From contig JBJHDC010000004.1 in the NCBI GenBank assembly GCA_050486345.1, forward strand, positions 1 through 51,506: DNA of 51,506 nucleotides, read 5' to 3'. The position numbers were made by a program, and so were the translations under genes. The DNA comes from Dehalococcoidia bacterium. Lineage in GTDB: Bacteria; Chloroflexota; Dehalococcoidia; UBA2979. A model generated the notes under the pieces. It ran no database searches, was not told where the DNA came from, and was given only the letters and a program-made list of their open reading frames with translations. Shown here piece by piece: positions 35,409-47,996 of the stretch (position 1 is the first letter of the stretch; the number at the start of each line of letters is the position of its first letter).

Positions 35409-36422
35409 CTAGAGTCCGCGTTCCGCGATCATCGCGACGACGTCGGTGAGGCGACAGGAATAGCCCCACTCGTTGTCGTACCAGGTAACCGTCTTTGCCA
35501 TCCTGCCGCCGTCCACCACCATCGTGGATGGCGCATCGTGAATCGCGGAGCCCGGGTGGCCCTTGAAGTCCATGGAGACGAGTTCGTCCGTCTCGTAGTA
35601 GAGGTAGCCCTTGAGTGGTCCCGCTGCGGCCGACGCAAAGGCCTCATTGATCGCGCCCTCGGAGGCGGTGTCGCTCAGAGTGGTCACGAGGTCCACCACT
35701 GAGACGGTAGGTGTGGGGACGCGGAAGGCGAAGCCATCGAACTTGCCGGCGAGCGAGGGGATGATCTGCCCCACGGCATCCGAGGCGCCCGAGGATGTTG
35801 GCACGATATTGAGCCCGGCGGCGCGGGCGCGTCGCAGGTCCTTGTGCGAGTTGTCGACCAGGTTCTGGTCGCCGGTGTAGGCGTGCACGGTAGTCATCAT
35901 GCCGCGCTCGATACCGAAGGCGTCGTTGAGCACCTTAGTGGCGAGGACGACGCAGTTGGTGGTGCAGGAGCCGGCCGAGATCACGTTGTGTGCGGCGGGG
36001 TCGTACTGCTCCTGGTTGGCGCCCATGATCACGGTCCAGTCTGGACCCTTCGCGGGTGCGGAGATGACTACCTTCTTGACGCCGTGGTTGAGGTGCGCGC
36101 CGGCATCCTTCGCGTCGCGGAACTGGCCGCTCGACTCAATCACCACGTCCACGCCCGCCTGGTCCCATGGGATCTCGGCCGGGTTGTTGGCATTGAACAC
36201 CTTGACTTCGTGGCCATCCACGGTGAAGGAGTCGGTGCCATCGACGATCTCCGCGGGGAAGCGACCGTAGTCAGAATCATAGCGCAGCAGGTGCGTGCGC
36301 ACCGCGACCGGACCGCGGTTGATCGCGACGATCTCGAAATCGTCGCGGCGGTTCTCGAACCATGCGCGAAACGCCTGGCGTCCCGTGCGCCCGAAGCCGT
36401 TGATCCCCACCCGTACCGTCAT
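35409..36422 (-). CDS. gap: Type I glyceraldehyde-3-phosphate dehydrogenase
   Basis: GINGFGR, SCTTNC, HAYT.DQ, RVPTPTVS and WYDNEWGYS. Start at MTVRVG. Confidence 0.95.
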   Translation of the reverse strand: MTVRVGINGFGRTGRQAFRAWFENRRDDFEIVAINRGPVAVRTHLLRYDSDYGRFPAEIVDGTDSFTVDGHEVKVFNANNPAEIPWDQAGVDVVIESSGQFRDAKDAGAHLNHGVKKVVISAPAKGPDWTVIMGANQEQYDPAAHNVISAGSCTTNCVVLATKVLNDAFGIERGMMTTVHAYTGDQNLVDNSHKDLRRARAAGLNIVPTSSGASDAVGQIIPSLAGKFDGFAFRVPTPTVSVVDLVTTLSDTASEGAINEAFASAAAGPLKGYLYYETDELVSMDFKGHPGSAIHDAPSTMVVDGGRMAKTVTWYDNEWGYSCRLTDVVAMIAERGL

Positions 36423-36565
36423 CGCATCTGTCCCCTCAGCGCGGAACTGCTGGCTTTCCAGCCGGACATCGCCCGGTAGCCCGATTCTATCGCGCAAGAT
36501 TCTTGAGCGCCGAGAGGAGGGGGCATTCCGCGTGCAGACGCCTGCGATGCCACGAGGGCAGTTGC

Positions 36566-37486
36566 CTACAGCAATACCCGCTGCGGGGCGTCTGCCTGCT
36601 GGCGGCGGAACTCAGTGATCAGGAGGCGCCGACGGCCTGCCTCGTCCTGCCACTCCTCGGCGCGACAGCGCGCGCCCTCGTCCAGATGGGCCTCGGCATC
36701 GCGGACGTGCGTGACGATCTCGTCGCGAAGCTCTGCGGACGCAGGGAAGTGGCGGTCGAGGTGGAGCGCCGTGTGGAGCTGGGTGATCCCGGCGCGGAGC
36801 GTCCAGCCGAGGGTCAGCTCCGCCCAGCCGATGTGAAACGCCTGGTCCGCGAAGACCAGCGGGTAGCGCTCGTGTGAGGCCTCGTTCGCCACGAAGAGCA
36901 CGGTGGGCCCAAAGTTGGGTCGTGCCAGGTCGCTGCAGGCACGATAGATGAGCTTCAGGTGTGGGTCGTTCGCGATTGCCTCGCCCCCGAAGAAGTGGCC
37001 AAGTCCCATCTCGATGGAGCGGGTGTCAGCGTGGCGACCGTAGGCTTCGTGTGTCCATCGACGCCACTCGTCCAGCTCCCCACCGAGCGCCATTTGCGCG
37101 CCGACGAACTCGATCGCCTGTCGAAGCAGGCTGAACGCGCCCTGGTACGCGCCTCGCCGGGTCAGCGCGACGGTGTCGGAGGTGGAGAGCAGCGCGCGGC
37201 TCCAGAGGCTGGCGAATCCAGCCATGGTCATGTTCCGGGCCGTGGGCGTGTATCCAGTCGCCGCTAGGCGTGCTTGCAGCGCCAGGTTCTGCTCGATCAG
37301 CCGCAGGTCTGCGCCGCAGGTGAAGCCGGTCTGGCGCCAGGCGTCCTCCGCGTCGGCGTCGAGGTCGGCAGGTTTCCCGGGCAGACGCCAGCCGTCCCGC
37401 ACGCGCATGCCGGAGACGCGCTGCGGTGGATCGGCGATGGGCAGTTCGCCGTCAGGGCCAGTCGGGAAGTCGCCATTGCTCGTCAT
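36566..37486 (-). CDS. Hypothetical 306-aa protein between eno and gap
   Basis: Long ORF with ATG 13 nt after the eno stop. Helical; LLRQAIE and IY..CS...RP loosely recall DUF5677-type proteins. Confidence 0.75.
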   Translation of the reverse strand: MTSNGDFPTGPDGELPIADPPQRVSGMRVRDGWRLPGKPADLDADAEDAWRQTGFTCGADLRLIEQNLALQARLAATGYTPTARNMTMAGFASLWSRALLSTSDTVALTRRGAYQGAFSLLRQAIEFVGAQMALGGELDEWRRWTHEAYGRHADTRSIEMGLGHFFGGEAIANDPHLKLIYRACSDLARPNFGPTVLFVANEASHERYPLVFADQAFHIGWAELTLGWTLRAGITQLHTALHLDRHFPASAELRDEIVTHVRDAEAHLDEGARCRAEEWQDEAGRRRLLITEFRRQQADAPQRVLL

Positions 37487-37499
37487 GTCGTACTCGAGG

Positions 37500-39787
<2,288 letters not shown>

Positions 39788-39979
39788 GAGACCCCCCGCC
39801 GCCGACCTTCCGATCGGCGTCTACCGCCCGACGCCGCGCAGTCTACACGCGTACCGGCGATCACCTGAAAGCGGTGACCGGATCGCGTGCCCCGCTCACT
39901 GTATAGCGGCTTCCGCGAGTGCTGTCTACATAACGGTACCACCCAGGGCGGCTCCCGGCACCCCGCTGGAGTCTCTTGA

Positions 39980-40633
39980 TCAATGAGGTTCGCCGTCGAA
40001 GCCGTGCCTACCCACCAGCGGAACGAAGCGACATGGCCCCAGTCGTTCGATGTCATGGCCTTCTGTCCGCTGCGTCATGAGGAGCAACTCCTGCTCATCG
40101 CGCCGGCCCACGGGGATCACCAGCCGCCCGCCGGGCGCCAGCTGCTCGACGAGTGGCGGGGGGATCGCCGGCGCCGCCGCCGCGACGATGATGCCGTCGT
40201 ACGGCCCGTACTCGGATGCACCAAGGTGTTTCCCTGGATCCCCGACGCGGACGTTGGTGATTCCGAGGGCCTTGAGCACTTCTGCGGCGCGCTGCCGCAG
40301 TTCATCCACGACTTCCACGCTGATCACCTCTGCAGCGAGGTGGGAAAGCACCGCGGCCTGGTACCCGGAGCCGGTGCCGACATCGAGCACGCGTTCATTG
40401 CCGCGCAACCCGAGTGCGGCGGTCATGAGCGCGACGATGGTTGGCTGCGAGATGGTCTGGCCGTAACCGATGCGCAATGCGCGATCCTCGTAGGCGTAGG
40501 CCATTGCTTCCGGTGCCACGAACTGCTCACGGGGAACAGCTGCGATCGCATCGAGCACCCGCTCGTCATTGACGCGCCCTCGGAGTTGTTCGAGCAGGCG
40601 CGTCACGGCAGGGGGGCGATCGTCGGCGGTCAT
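39980..40633 (-). CDS. pcm: Protein-L-isoaspartate(D-aspartate) O-methyltransferase
   Basis: VPREQF, GQTISQP, VLDVGTGSGYQAA, GGRLVIPVG and CRFVPL. Confidence 0.95.
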   Translation of the reverse strand: MTADDRPPAVTRLLEQLRGRVNDERVLDAIAAVPREQFVAPEAMAYAYEDRALRIGYGQTISQPTIVALMTAALGLRGNERVLDVGTGSGYQAAVLSHLAAEVISVEVVDELRQRAAEVLKALGITNVRVGDPGKHLGASEYGPYDGIIVAAAAPAIPPPLVEQLAPGGRLVIPVGRRDEQELLLMTQRTEGHDIERLGPCRFVPLVGRHGFDGEPH

Positions 40634-40640
40634 GCTGGCC

Positions 40641-42542
40641 TCAGAGGGATCGCTTCACCGTCTCCGCGAGCGAGCGGGTGAAGCCCACGGTGGCAGCTAC
40701 CTCTTCAACATCGGCCTCGCGAATCGCCTTCACCGAGCCGAACCGGCGGAGCAGCGCGCGCTTGCGCTTCGGGCCGATGCCGGGGATGGAGTCGAGTACC
40801 GACTGCGTCGCGCCCTTGCCTCGGAGCTTGCGGTGGTAGGTGATCGCGAACCGGTGGGCCTCGTCCCGGATGCGCTGCACCAGGTAGAGGGCCTCCGAGG
40901 TGCGCGGCAGCATGATGGAGTCTGCAACGTCAGCGACGAATATCTCCTCCTGCTGCTTCGCCAGCCCGCAGATAGGCACGTCGCGCAGGCCCAGGTTGCG
41001 CATGACATCGAGCACCGCGCCCAGCTGGCCCTTGCCGCCGTCGATGATCACCAGGTCGGGGAGTTCATCCCACGGGGTGGGCTCGGACGGCTCCTGTGCA
41101 TCGACAGCGGCGACGGCGTCCCCGTCCACGGTCCCTGCCGCTTCCGCGGCCAGCGCGGCCTGCCGCCGCTCCGCGATGCGCTTGAAGCGACGCGTCAGTA
41201 CCTCGCGCATGGAGGCGAAGTCGTCCTGTCCCTCGACGGTCTTGATGCGGAAGCGACGGTACTGGCTGTTCGCGGGTTGGCCCTGCTTGAACACCACCAT
41301 GGAGGCCACCGTGTTGGTGCCCTGGATCGTCGAGATGTCGTAGCACTCGATGCGCTCGGGGCGCGTGGGAAGATCGAGTTCCTCCTGCAACTGAGAAAGC
41401 GCAGCCTCGGTCTTGTCGCGGTCGGCCACCCAGCGCGCCTGGTGCATGCGCAAGGACTCGCCCGCGTTCTCCTCGGCCGTCGCGACCAGACCTCGACGTT
41501 CACCGCGCACCGGGACCGCGATCTCCACCGCGCCATGCCGGCGCTCGCGCAGCATCGCCTCCAACTCCTCGCGGTCCGCCGGCTCTACGGACAGCAGGAC
41601 GGTACGCGGGACGTAGGTGGCCGACTCGTAGAACTGTGCGAGGAACGCGCCGAGAACATCGGCATCGCGCTCATCCTGGGTGCCGTCCAGGAGGAACGAG
41701 TCCGTATCCGCCACCACAGTTCCGCGCACAAAGAAGGCCTGGACACATGCCTCGTTGTCCTGCCGTGCCAGCGCGAACACATCGGCATCCAGCGGCGTGG
41801 TGGTGGCCATCTGCTGGCGCTCGGTGACGCGTTCGATGCCCTGTAACTGGTCGCGCAACCGGGCGGCACGCTCGAACTCGAGTTCCTCCGAGGCTCGCTC
41901 CATCTCCTTGCGGACGTGGCGCTTCACCTCGTCCGACCGACCCTCCAGGAAGAGGATCGTTTCGCGGATGACCTCGTCGTACTCTTCCTTGGTGCAGTAC
42001 GCCGTGCATGGGGCGATACAGCGGTTGATGAAGTAATCGAGGCAGGGGCGGGGGTCGTTGCCGGTGATCTCCTTGGTACAGGAGCGCCACGGGAACAGCT
42101 TCTTCACCACATCCAACGTGCGGCGCACCGAGCCGGCGCTGGCGTAGGGTCCGAAGTAGCGCGCGCCATCGTCCTCGACCCGCCGGGTGATGGTGACGCG
42201 GGGCCACTCATTCTGCACGTCGACCTTCAGGTACGGATAGTGCTTGTCGTCCTTCAGACGCACGTTGTGCATCGGCTGGTGGCGCTTCACCAGCGTGGCC
42301 TCCAGATGGAGGGCCTCCGCCTCGTTGCGTGTCACGACATGCTCGATGGTGCGTACCTGCGAGGCGACCGCGCGCACCTTTGGTTCCAGGCTGCGCGAGG
42401 AACCGAAGTACGAGCGCACACGATCGCGCAGACGGCGCGCCTTGCCGATGTAGATTACATCGCCTCGTGCGTCGCGCATGATGTAGACGCCCGGCTTCTC
42501 CGGCAGCGCTCGAACCTGCGATTGGACGGCATCCTCAGTCAT
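40641..42542 (-). CDS. uvrC: Excinuclease ABC subunit C
   Basis: GIY-YIG (PGVY...YIGKA), UVR domain, RIECYDIS, DGGKGQ, RDEAHRFA and C-terminal HhH. Confidence 0.97.
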   Translation of the reverse strand: MTEDAVQSQVRALPEKPGVYIMRDARGDVIYIGKARRLRDRVRSYFGSSRSLEPKVRAVASQVRTIEHVVTRNEAEALHLEATLVKRHQPMHNVRLKDDKHYPYLKVDVQNEWPRVTITRRVEDDGARYFGPYASAGSVRRTLDVVKKLFPWRSCTKEITGNDPRPCLDYFINRCIAPCTAYCTKEEYDEVIRETILFLEGRSDEVKRHVRKEMERASEELEFERAARLRDQLQGIERVTERQQMATTTPLDADVFALARQDNEACVQAFFVRGTVVADTDSFLLDGTQDERDADVLGAFLAQFYESATYVPRTVLLSVEPADREELEAMLRERRHGAVEIAVPVRGERRGLVATAEENAGESLRMHQARWVADRDKTEAALSQLQEELDLPTRPERIECYDISTIQGTNTVASMVVFKQGQPANSQYRRFRIKTVEGQDDFASMREVLTRRFKRIAERRQAALAAEAAGTVDGDAVAAVDAQEPSEPTPWDELPDLVIIDGGKGQLGAVLDVMRNLGLRDVPICGLAKQQEEIFVADVADSIMLPRTSEALYLVQRIRDEAHRFAITYHRKLRGKGATQSVLDSIPGIGPKRKRALLRRFGSVKAIREADVEEVAATVGFTRSLAETVKRSL

Positions 42543-42662
42543 GCATCCATCGTACCGCGCGCGGAATCGCCGCATCCCGCTGCACTGACACCGAATGCGA
42601 GGGATACTTCACGTACGCGCGAATCTGGCACCGCCGCACCAGGTCGAAGGAAGAGCACAGCC

Positions 42663-43061
42663 ATGGCATCGAATGACTCGCAGCCCACCAGGTCAGCGTC
42701 CGATCTGATCGACGAACGAATCGATGAACTCGATGACTGGCGCGGCGACACCCTCAGCCGGCTCCGCACCCTGGTGAAGGAAGCCGATCCCGAAGTCGTT
42801 GAGGAGTGGAAGTGGCGCGGTGTTTCCGTCTGGTCGCACGACGGCATGATCTGCACCGGCGAGACGTACAAGACCGCCGTGAAACTCACCTTCGCGAAGG
42901 GGGCAGCCCTGGAGGATCCCTCCGGCCTGTTCAACGCCAGCCTGGAAGGCAGCACCAGGCGCGCGATCGATATCCAGGAGGGAGAGACGCTTGATGCCGA
43001 GGCGTTCAAGGCGCTGATTCGAGAGGCCGTGAGCCTGAATCAGGCGAAGGCGAAGCGCTGA
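42663..43061 (+). CDS. DUF1801 domain-containing protein
   Basis: DWRG.TL..LR.L...ADPEVVEEWKW, VKLTFAKGA.L.DPSGLFNASLEG..RRAID. Confidence 0.88.
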   Translation: MASNDSQPTRSASDLIDERIDELDDWRGDTLSRLRTLVKEADPEVVEEWKWRGVSVWSHDGMICTGETYKTAVKLTFAKGAALEDPSGLFNASLEGSTRRAIDIQEGETLDAEAFKALIREAVSLNQAKAKR

Positions 43062-43068
43062 ATCTGAC

Positions 43069-43908
43069 TCAGGTCGCCCTCGTCTGACCGCTCGCAATCT
43101 TCACCGACATCGGCACTTCGAGGCCACCGCCCGTGGTCTCGTACTCACGCACGCGCTCATCGAGGGCGGCGCGGATGCGGGCACGGATGTCGTCGGTCTG
43201 CTTCTCGATAATCCAGCGGGTGCGGCCGGTGCCACGGGTGAAGCCATCCCAGATCTCCTCCGCGCTGGCGAATGGCTGCGAGAACGTGACGGTGTCCACA
43301 CGCACGTCCTGAAAGGCCGCGTCTCCGAGGAGTGCTGCGAATTCGCCGTCGGCCGAGAAGCGGAAGAAGGGCGGGCCTGCTGGGATATCGCTCGGGGTCA
43401 CGGCGCCCGCGTCCGTGATCGCGCCGAGGATGAGGCCAAAGAGGCACGCGCGATCCGGCGTGTCCCACATCGAGAATGCCGCGCGGCCGCCGGGCCGCAG
43501 GATGCGGGCGGCCTCCTCTGCGGCTGCTTCTGGATGTCCGAGGTGCAGCACGATGAAGCTGCCGACGACGGCATCGAACGAGCCGTCCGGGAACGGTGGC
43601 GCCTCAGCATCACCGACGCGGAAGTCGATACGGGGGTGGCGATCGCGTGCGAGCGCGATCATGCTCGGCGCGACGTCGATGCCAATAACCTCCGCGCCGC
43701 GCTCGAGGGCACGCGCAGCGACGTAGCCGGGACCGGTGGCGAGGTCGAGCAGGTGCGTTCCGTCGCGGACCTCGACAGCATCCAGCAGTGGGTCGATGAC
43801 GCGGCTGGTGATCGGGCCGAACACGCGGTCGTACGCGTCCGTGGCCTCTTCCCATGAGGCGGCCTCGAAGGCATTGAAGGCCGCCGCATCGATCTGTTGT
43901 TTGCTCAT
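43069..43908 (-). CDS. Class I SAM-dependent methyltransferase
   Basis: LLDLATGPG, GDAEAPPFPDGSFDAV and RILRPGG. Confidence 0.9.
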   Translation of the reverse strand: MSKQQIDAAAFNAFEAASWEEATDAYDRVFGPITSRVIDPLLDAVEVRDGTHLLDLATGPGYVAARALERGAEVIGIDVAPSMIALARDRHPRIDFRVGDAEAPPFPDGSFDAVVGSFIVLHLGHPEAAAEEAARILRPGGRAAFSMWDTPDRACLFGLILGAITDAGAVTPSDIPAGPPFFRFSADGEFAALLGDAAFQDVRVDTVTFSQPFASAEEIWDGFTRGTGRTRWIIEKQTDDIRARIRAALDERVREYETTGGGLEVPMSVKIASGQTRAT

Positions 43909-43956
43909 CACCCCTCCTCGCGATGGCGATTCTAGGGCGGGCGCGGCGCAAGCGGG

Positions 43957-45030
43957 CTACTCGAAGACCGGCATCACCTCCTGCGCGAAGAGGCGCAGGG
44001 AGTTCGCGGACTCCTCGTGCGTGAGGTCGCCCCACTGGAACGACGCGACCATGTAGTTCGCGCCGGAATCGCGGTACTGCATGGCGTATTGGCGCAGGGT
44101 CTCGGGGGAACCGGCGCGCACGATGCCGGACTCTAGCGCGCGCTCCGCATCCAGCATCAGCGCCGCCGTGGTGGGTGGGAGGTCGCTGCCCGATCGACTC
44201 GCTTCCCAGTTGCCGACCAGCCGCTCGCGTTCCTCGGCGCTGGTGAAGCGGCCCTCGAACGCAAAGTTGTTGCAGTAGGTACGGTAGGCGCTGAGCGCGC
44301 GCTCGCGCGCCTCATCGTCTGTCTCGGCGATGAACACCCGGGACATACTGCCGTAGAGCGGATCCGCGGGTGGCGACACGTATGGCGGTGGGTCGCTGAT
44401 CGTGGCTTCCAGGGCGTTGCGGTAGTTCGCCATCACGTCAGGCAGAGCATGGATGGGCGCGCCGCTGACGTAGTTCGCACCGCGGGCGGCGGCGCTCTCC
44501 GCACGCCCGGCCCACCAGAACGGTGGGTGCGGCTCCTGCGCCGGTTGCATCTCCATCCACAGGCGTTTGAAGTGATAGAAGCGCCCTTCGTAGTCGAGGT
44601 ACTGCTCCTGCAGGCCGCGTCGCACGATGTCCAGCGTTTCCTCGAATCGCGGGTAATTCTCCTCCCGGTCGCCGCCCCAGAGAGCGAACTCGGTCCCGTC
44701 GCCGGTGCCGGGGCCGACGCCGATCTGGTACCGGCCGTCCGAGAGCTGATCGAGCATGCAGATCTCTTCGATCACGCGGATCGGGTGGTAGAGCGGCAGC
44801 ACCTGTACCAGCGGTCCAATGCGCAGCGTCTTCGTACGCTGCGCGACCGAGGCGAGGTAGACGTTCTGATTCGGCGCCATGCAGAGCGGGCCGTGGTGAT
44901 GCTCCGCGACGTGGTAGCCGTAGATGCCGGCCTCCTCCGCCAGCTGCACCAGCTGCATCCGTTCCTCGTACTGCTGCGCGAGCGAGACATCCGTGCGGCG
45001 CTCCAGGTGGTCAAAGATGCCGAATCGCAT
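43957..45030 (-). CDS. LLM-class flavin-dependent oxidoreductase
   Basis: MRFGIF, VAEHH, LPLYHPIRVIEEICMLDQLSDGR and P.QEPHPP. Confidence 0.92.
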   Translation of the reverse strand: MRFGIFDHLERRTDVSLAQQYEERMQLVQLAEEAGIYGYHVAEHHHGPLCMAPNQNVYLASVAQRTKTLRIGPLVQVLPLYHPIRVIEEICMLDQLSDGRYQIGVGPGTGDGTEFALWGGDREENYPRFEETLDIVRRGLQEQYLDYEGRFYHFKRLWMEMQPAQEPHPPFWWAGRAESAAARGANYVSGAPIHALPDVMANYRNALEATISDPPPYVSPPADPLYGSMSRVFIAETDDEARERALSAYRTYCNNFAFEGRFTSAEERERLVGNWEASRSGSDLPPTTAALMLDAERALESGIVRAGSPETLRQYAMQYRDSGANYMVASFQWGDLTHEESANSLRLFAQEVMPVFE

Positions 45031-45079
45031 CGTCAGGTCCCTTCGTTCCCGGCCCCACCGGGGAGTCGTGGTATCGCTC

Positions 45080-45916
45080 CTACGAGGTTGGCGCGGCTCG
45101 CTCGGCGGCGCGCATGCGCCAGAAGACCTCGCGTTCCGCTACGGCTTCGGTGAACGTCTCGTCTGCGATCAGGTAGCGCTCGAGGAAGTTCACCATGTCG
45201 CTCACGATGTGTTCGTGCATGAGGGGCAGGCGCTGGAACTCGTGCGTCATCTCAGCGTAGAGACGCAGGTCCGTGGGGACGCCCTGCGCGTGCAGTGCCT
45301 GGAACATCTCCATGGATACGGTGTGGGGGATCATGGAGTCGCTGGTGCCATTGAGCAGCAGCGTGGGCGGGAACTGCGCCGAGACATGCTCGATGGGGCT
45401 TGCCGCCCGGGCACCCTCGGCGTCCGTGGCGAGGTGTCCGGCATCGACAGCCGCCACGCGCACCGGAGCGAAGAACGAGATCACCGCATCCGGCCGCTCG
45501 CTGACCTCGGGCGTGGCACCGGGTACCGGGAAGGCGTCGGAGCCCGCGGTGCCCGCCGCCAGGAGTGCGAGGTGGCCGCCGGCCGAGTAGCCGATCACCG
45601 CCACGCGATCTGCTGCGTCGCCGAATCGATCGCGAGAACTGCGCACCCAGCGGATTGCCCGCTTCACATCCTCGATCTGTGCGGGCCACGGCGCCTCATC
45701 GAGCAGGCGGTACTGGGCGGCCACGGCGTGCCATTCTCGTGCGGCGAGCGACTCCCCGGTGTCCTGCATCATCAGGCGACTGCCCACGCGCCATCCGCCG
45801 CCGTGCAGCAGGATGGCGACGCCGGGCGCATCACCCTCGGCAGGCGCGTAGAGGTCACAGCGGAGCTCGGGGTCGGTGGAGATGATGACGTCAGGCTGGA
45901 CGGAGGCGGCAGACAT
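45080..45916 (-). CDS. Alpha/beta hydrolase (HSL-type esterase/lipase)
   Basis: HGGGW oxyanion motif, GYSAGG nucleophile, GTSD and HEF. Start at MSAASV. Confidence 0.9.
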   Translation of the reverse strand: MSAASVQPDVIISTDPELRCDLYAPAEGDAPGVAILLHGGGWRVGSRLMMQDTGESLAAREWHAVAAQYRLLDEAPWPAQIEDVKRAIRWVRSSRDRFGDAADRVAVIGYSAGGHLALLAAGTAGSDAFPVPGATPEVSERPDAVISFFAPVRVAAVDAGHLATDAEGARAASPIEHVSAQFPPTLLLNGTSDSMIPHTVSMEMFQALHAQGVPTDLRLYAEMTHEFQRLPLMHEHIVSDMVNFLERYLIADETFTEAVAEREVFWRMRAAERAAPTS

Positions 45917-46150
45917 CGCGATCCCTTCACGCTCAGCCACACGCGCATCACACGCGTGCTGGTTGCCCGACGTGATACCACGATCCGCCTGCCTTCGCAC
46001 AGGCCGGTCGCGCTCTAGGTGGGACGGTGGTGTGGGTTGGCGGGTGGGCGAGCCCGCTCTCGGAAGGGTACAGCCGAGGGGCACCGGCCTGCGCTCCGGC
46101 ACCCCTCGACGTCTGTGTGCTGCGCTCGCGGGTACGAGCGCCGGGTGGGG

Positions 46151-47569
46151 CTATATGCTGCCGGCAGTGACCTCCGCCGCGATCGGTGGAACGGCCAGGT
46201 GGTAGTCGGTGGTTTGCTGGTAGGCGTGACCGACCCGCAGGACCAGTGCCTCCGCAAACGGAGCGCCGACGATCTGCGTGGACAGCGGTAGCCCGTTGCT
46301 GGAGAACCCGGAGGGGATCGCGAGGGCCGGATAGCCCAGCAGGTTGAACGGCCCGGTGTAGGACGGCTGCATCAGGCGCTTCGTGATGTCCACGTTCGCG
46401 CTGGCGAGTGCAGGCTCGAAGATCGTCGGAGTCACGAGGACGTCAACCGTGCCCATCACCTCGGCGGCGCGCCTGGCGAACCAGCTGCGGAAGCGCTGGG
46501 CTTGTATGTAGTCCGCAGCGGTGAAGAGCGCCGCGCGGCCGACCATCGCGCGCAGGCTGCGCCCGTAATCCTCCCAGCGTCCGCCGGCCATGTCCTCGTG
46601 GTGATAGGCGTAGGCCTCCGAGAGCATCGTGAGGTAGTTCGCCTGCTTGGCCAGGTCCGCGTGCGGGAGCGTGACCTCGATGATTTCGGCGCCGAGATCG
46701 CTGAGCGCCATGATCACTGCTTCGCTAGAGGCCTTCTGCTCTGCGTCGAGCATCGCGTGGTCGAAGAAGTATTCGACCGGGACGCCGACTTTCAGGCCCT
46801 CGATTGAGCCGTCGATGCCGGCGAGGTAATCGTCCACGGGCGTCATGCTGGCGGTCTGGTCGCGAGGGTCGTAGCCCGCCATGACGTTGAGCATTGCGGC
46901 GCAATCCCACGAGGAGCGAGCCATCGGGCCGATGGAGTCCAGCGTGTAGCCGAGCGGCGCGCAGCCCCACTTGGGGACGCGACCGTAGGTCACCTTCAGT
47001 CCGGTGTGTCCGCAATAGGCGGCGGGGAAGCGCACAGAACCGCCGGTATCCGTACCGGTGCCGCCGAGGATCATGCCAGTGGCCACCGCGATGCCGGTCC
47101 CGGACGAGGATCCACCGGGCGTGTGGTCCAGGTTCCAGGGGTTTCGCGGGATGGGGAACGGCTTCTCCGGGTCGGGCATGCCGAGGGCGAACTCGGAGCA
47201 GACCAGCTTCCCGGTGAGCGGTGCGCCGGCCGCCCGCATGCGCTCGACCACGACTGCGTCGTAGCCCTCGCCCCAGTCCGGGTCCAGGACGAGCGAATTC
47301 GCAGTTGTGGGGGCGTCCTTCGTGGCGAGAATGTCTTTGTTCGCCATTGGGATTCCCTGAAGCGGACCGCGATCGATCCCTGCGGCGAAATCGGCATCTG
47401 CCTGCGCTGCGGCGTTGAGCGCTGCTTCGCCGGTGACAGTGATGAACGCGCCGACCGTGTCGTTGAGTGCAGCGGTGCTGCTGAGCGCAGCTTCGGTGAG
47501 TTCGACGCTTGTGGTGTCACCGGCGCGCAGGGCAGCTGCGGCTTCCTGGATAGTGAGCGGTGTCGTCAT
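46151..47569 (-). CDS. Amidase signature family protein
   Basis: GIPMANKD (Lys), PGGSSSG, GTDTGGSVRFPA (Ser-cisSer-Lys triad) and GLKVTYGRV. Confidence 0.93.
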   Translation of the reverse strand: MTTPLTIQEAAAALRAGDTTSVELTEAALSSTAALNDTVGAFITVTGEAALNAAAQADADFAAGIDRGPLQGIPMANKDILATKDAPTTANSLVLDPDWGEGYDAVVVERMRAAGAPLTGKLVCSEFALGMPDPEKPFPIPRNPWNLDHTPGGSSSGTGIAVATGMILGGTGTDTGGSVRFPAAYCGHTGLKVTYGRVPKWGCAPLGYTLDSIGPMARSSWDCAAMLNVMAGYDPRDQTASMTPVDDYLAGIDGSIEGLKVGVPVEYFFDHAMLDAEQKASSEAVIMALSDLGAEIIEVTLPHADLAKQANYLTMLSEAYAYHHEDMAGGRWEDYGRSLRAMVGRAALFTAADYIQAQRFRSWFARRAAEVMGTVDVLVTPTIFEPALASANVDITKRLMQPSYTGPFNLLGYPALAIPSGFSSNGLPLSTQIVGAPFAEALVLRVGHAYQQTTDYHLAVPPIAAEVTAGSI

Positions 47570-47746
47570 GTGGTCTTCTCGATTCCTCGGCGGAGCTGGT
47601 TCCGGGTCCGCCACCCGCCCCTCCGCGAGCCTCTACGGAGGAGCGGGCGGCGTGCTTCCCGGTGCGCTCGTGCGTCCCGCTTGCCGGAGGACGAACGAGG
47701 CTGGGCAGTGTGGCTTCGAGCCGGTATCGGCGGCTCTAGCGCGCTG

Positions 47747-47962
47747 TCAGTCGGTTGCCGGCGCAGGCGGAGCTGGCGGTATCGGTGTGAAGGCCAGCGC
47801 GGGCTCCTCGTACCGTGCGTCCTCGAGGTAGAGCGCATCCGTCTGCGCCCGCAAGATCGGATAGGCCTCTACGAAGCCTGCGAACTCCTCGTCGCTCAAG
47901 GGGAGGCCGGCCGCCTCTACCATGCCGCGCACGGCGGCGGTGACATCGGTTGGTTCAGGCAT
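47747..47962 (-). CDS. Small (71 aa) GatC/AtzG-like putative amidase partner protein
   Basis: MPEPTDV...AAGLPLSDEE...EPALAFTP with AAGGAG RBS, directly upstream of the amidase. Confidence 0.65.
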   Translation of the reverse strand: MPEPTDVTAAVRGMVEAAGLPLSDEEFAGFVEAYPILRAQTDALYLEDARYEEPALAFTPIPPAPPAPATD

Positions 47963-47996
47963 CGAGTGCTCCTTCGCTTCAGTCCCAGCGCTTCGG

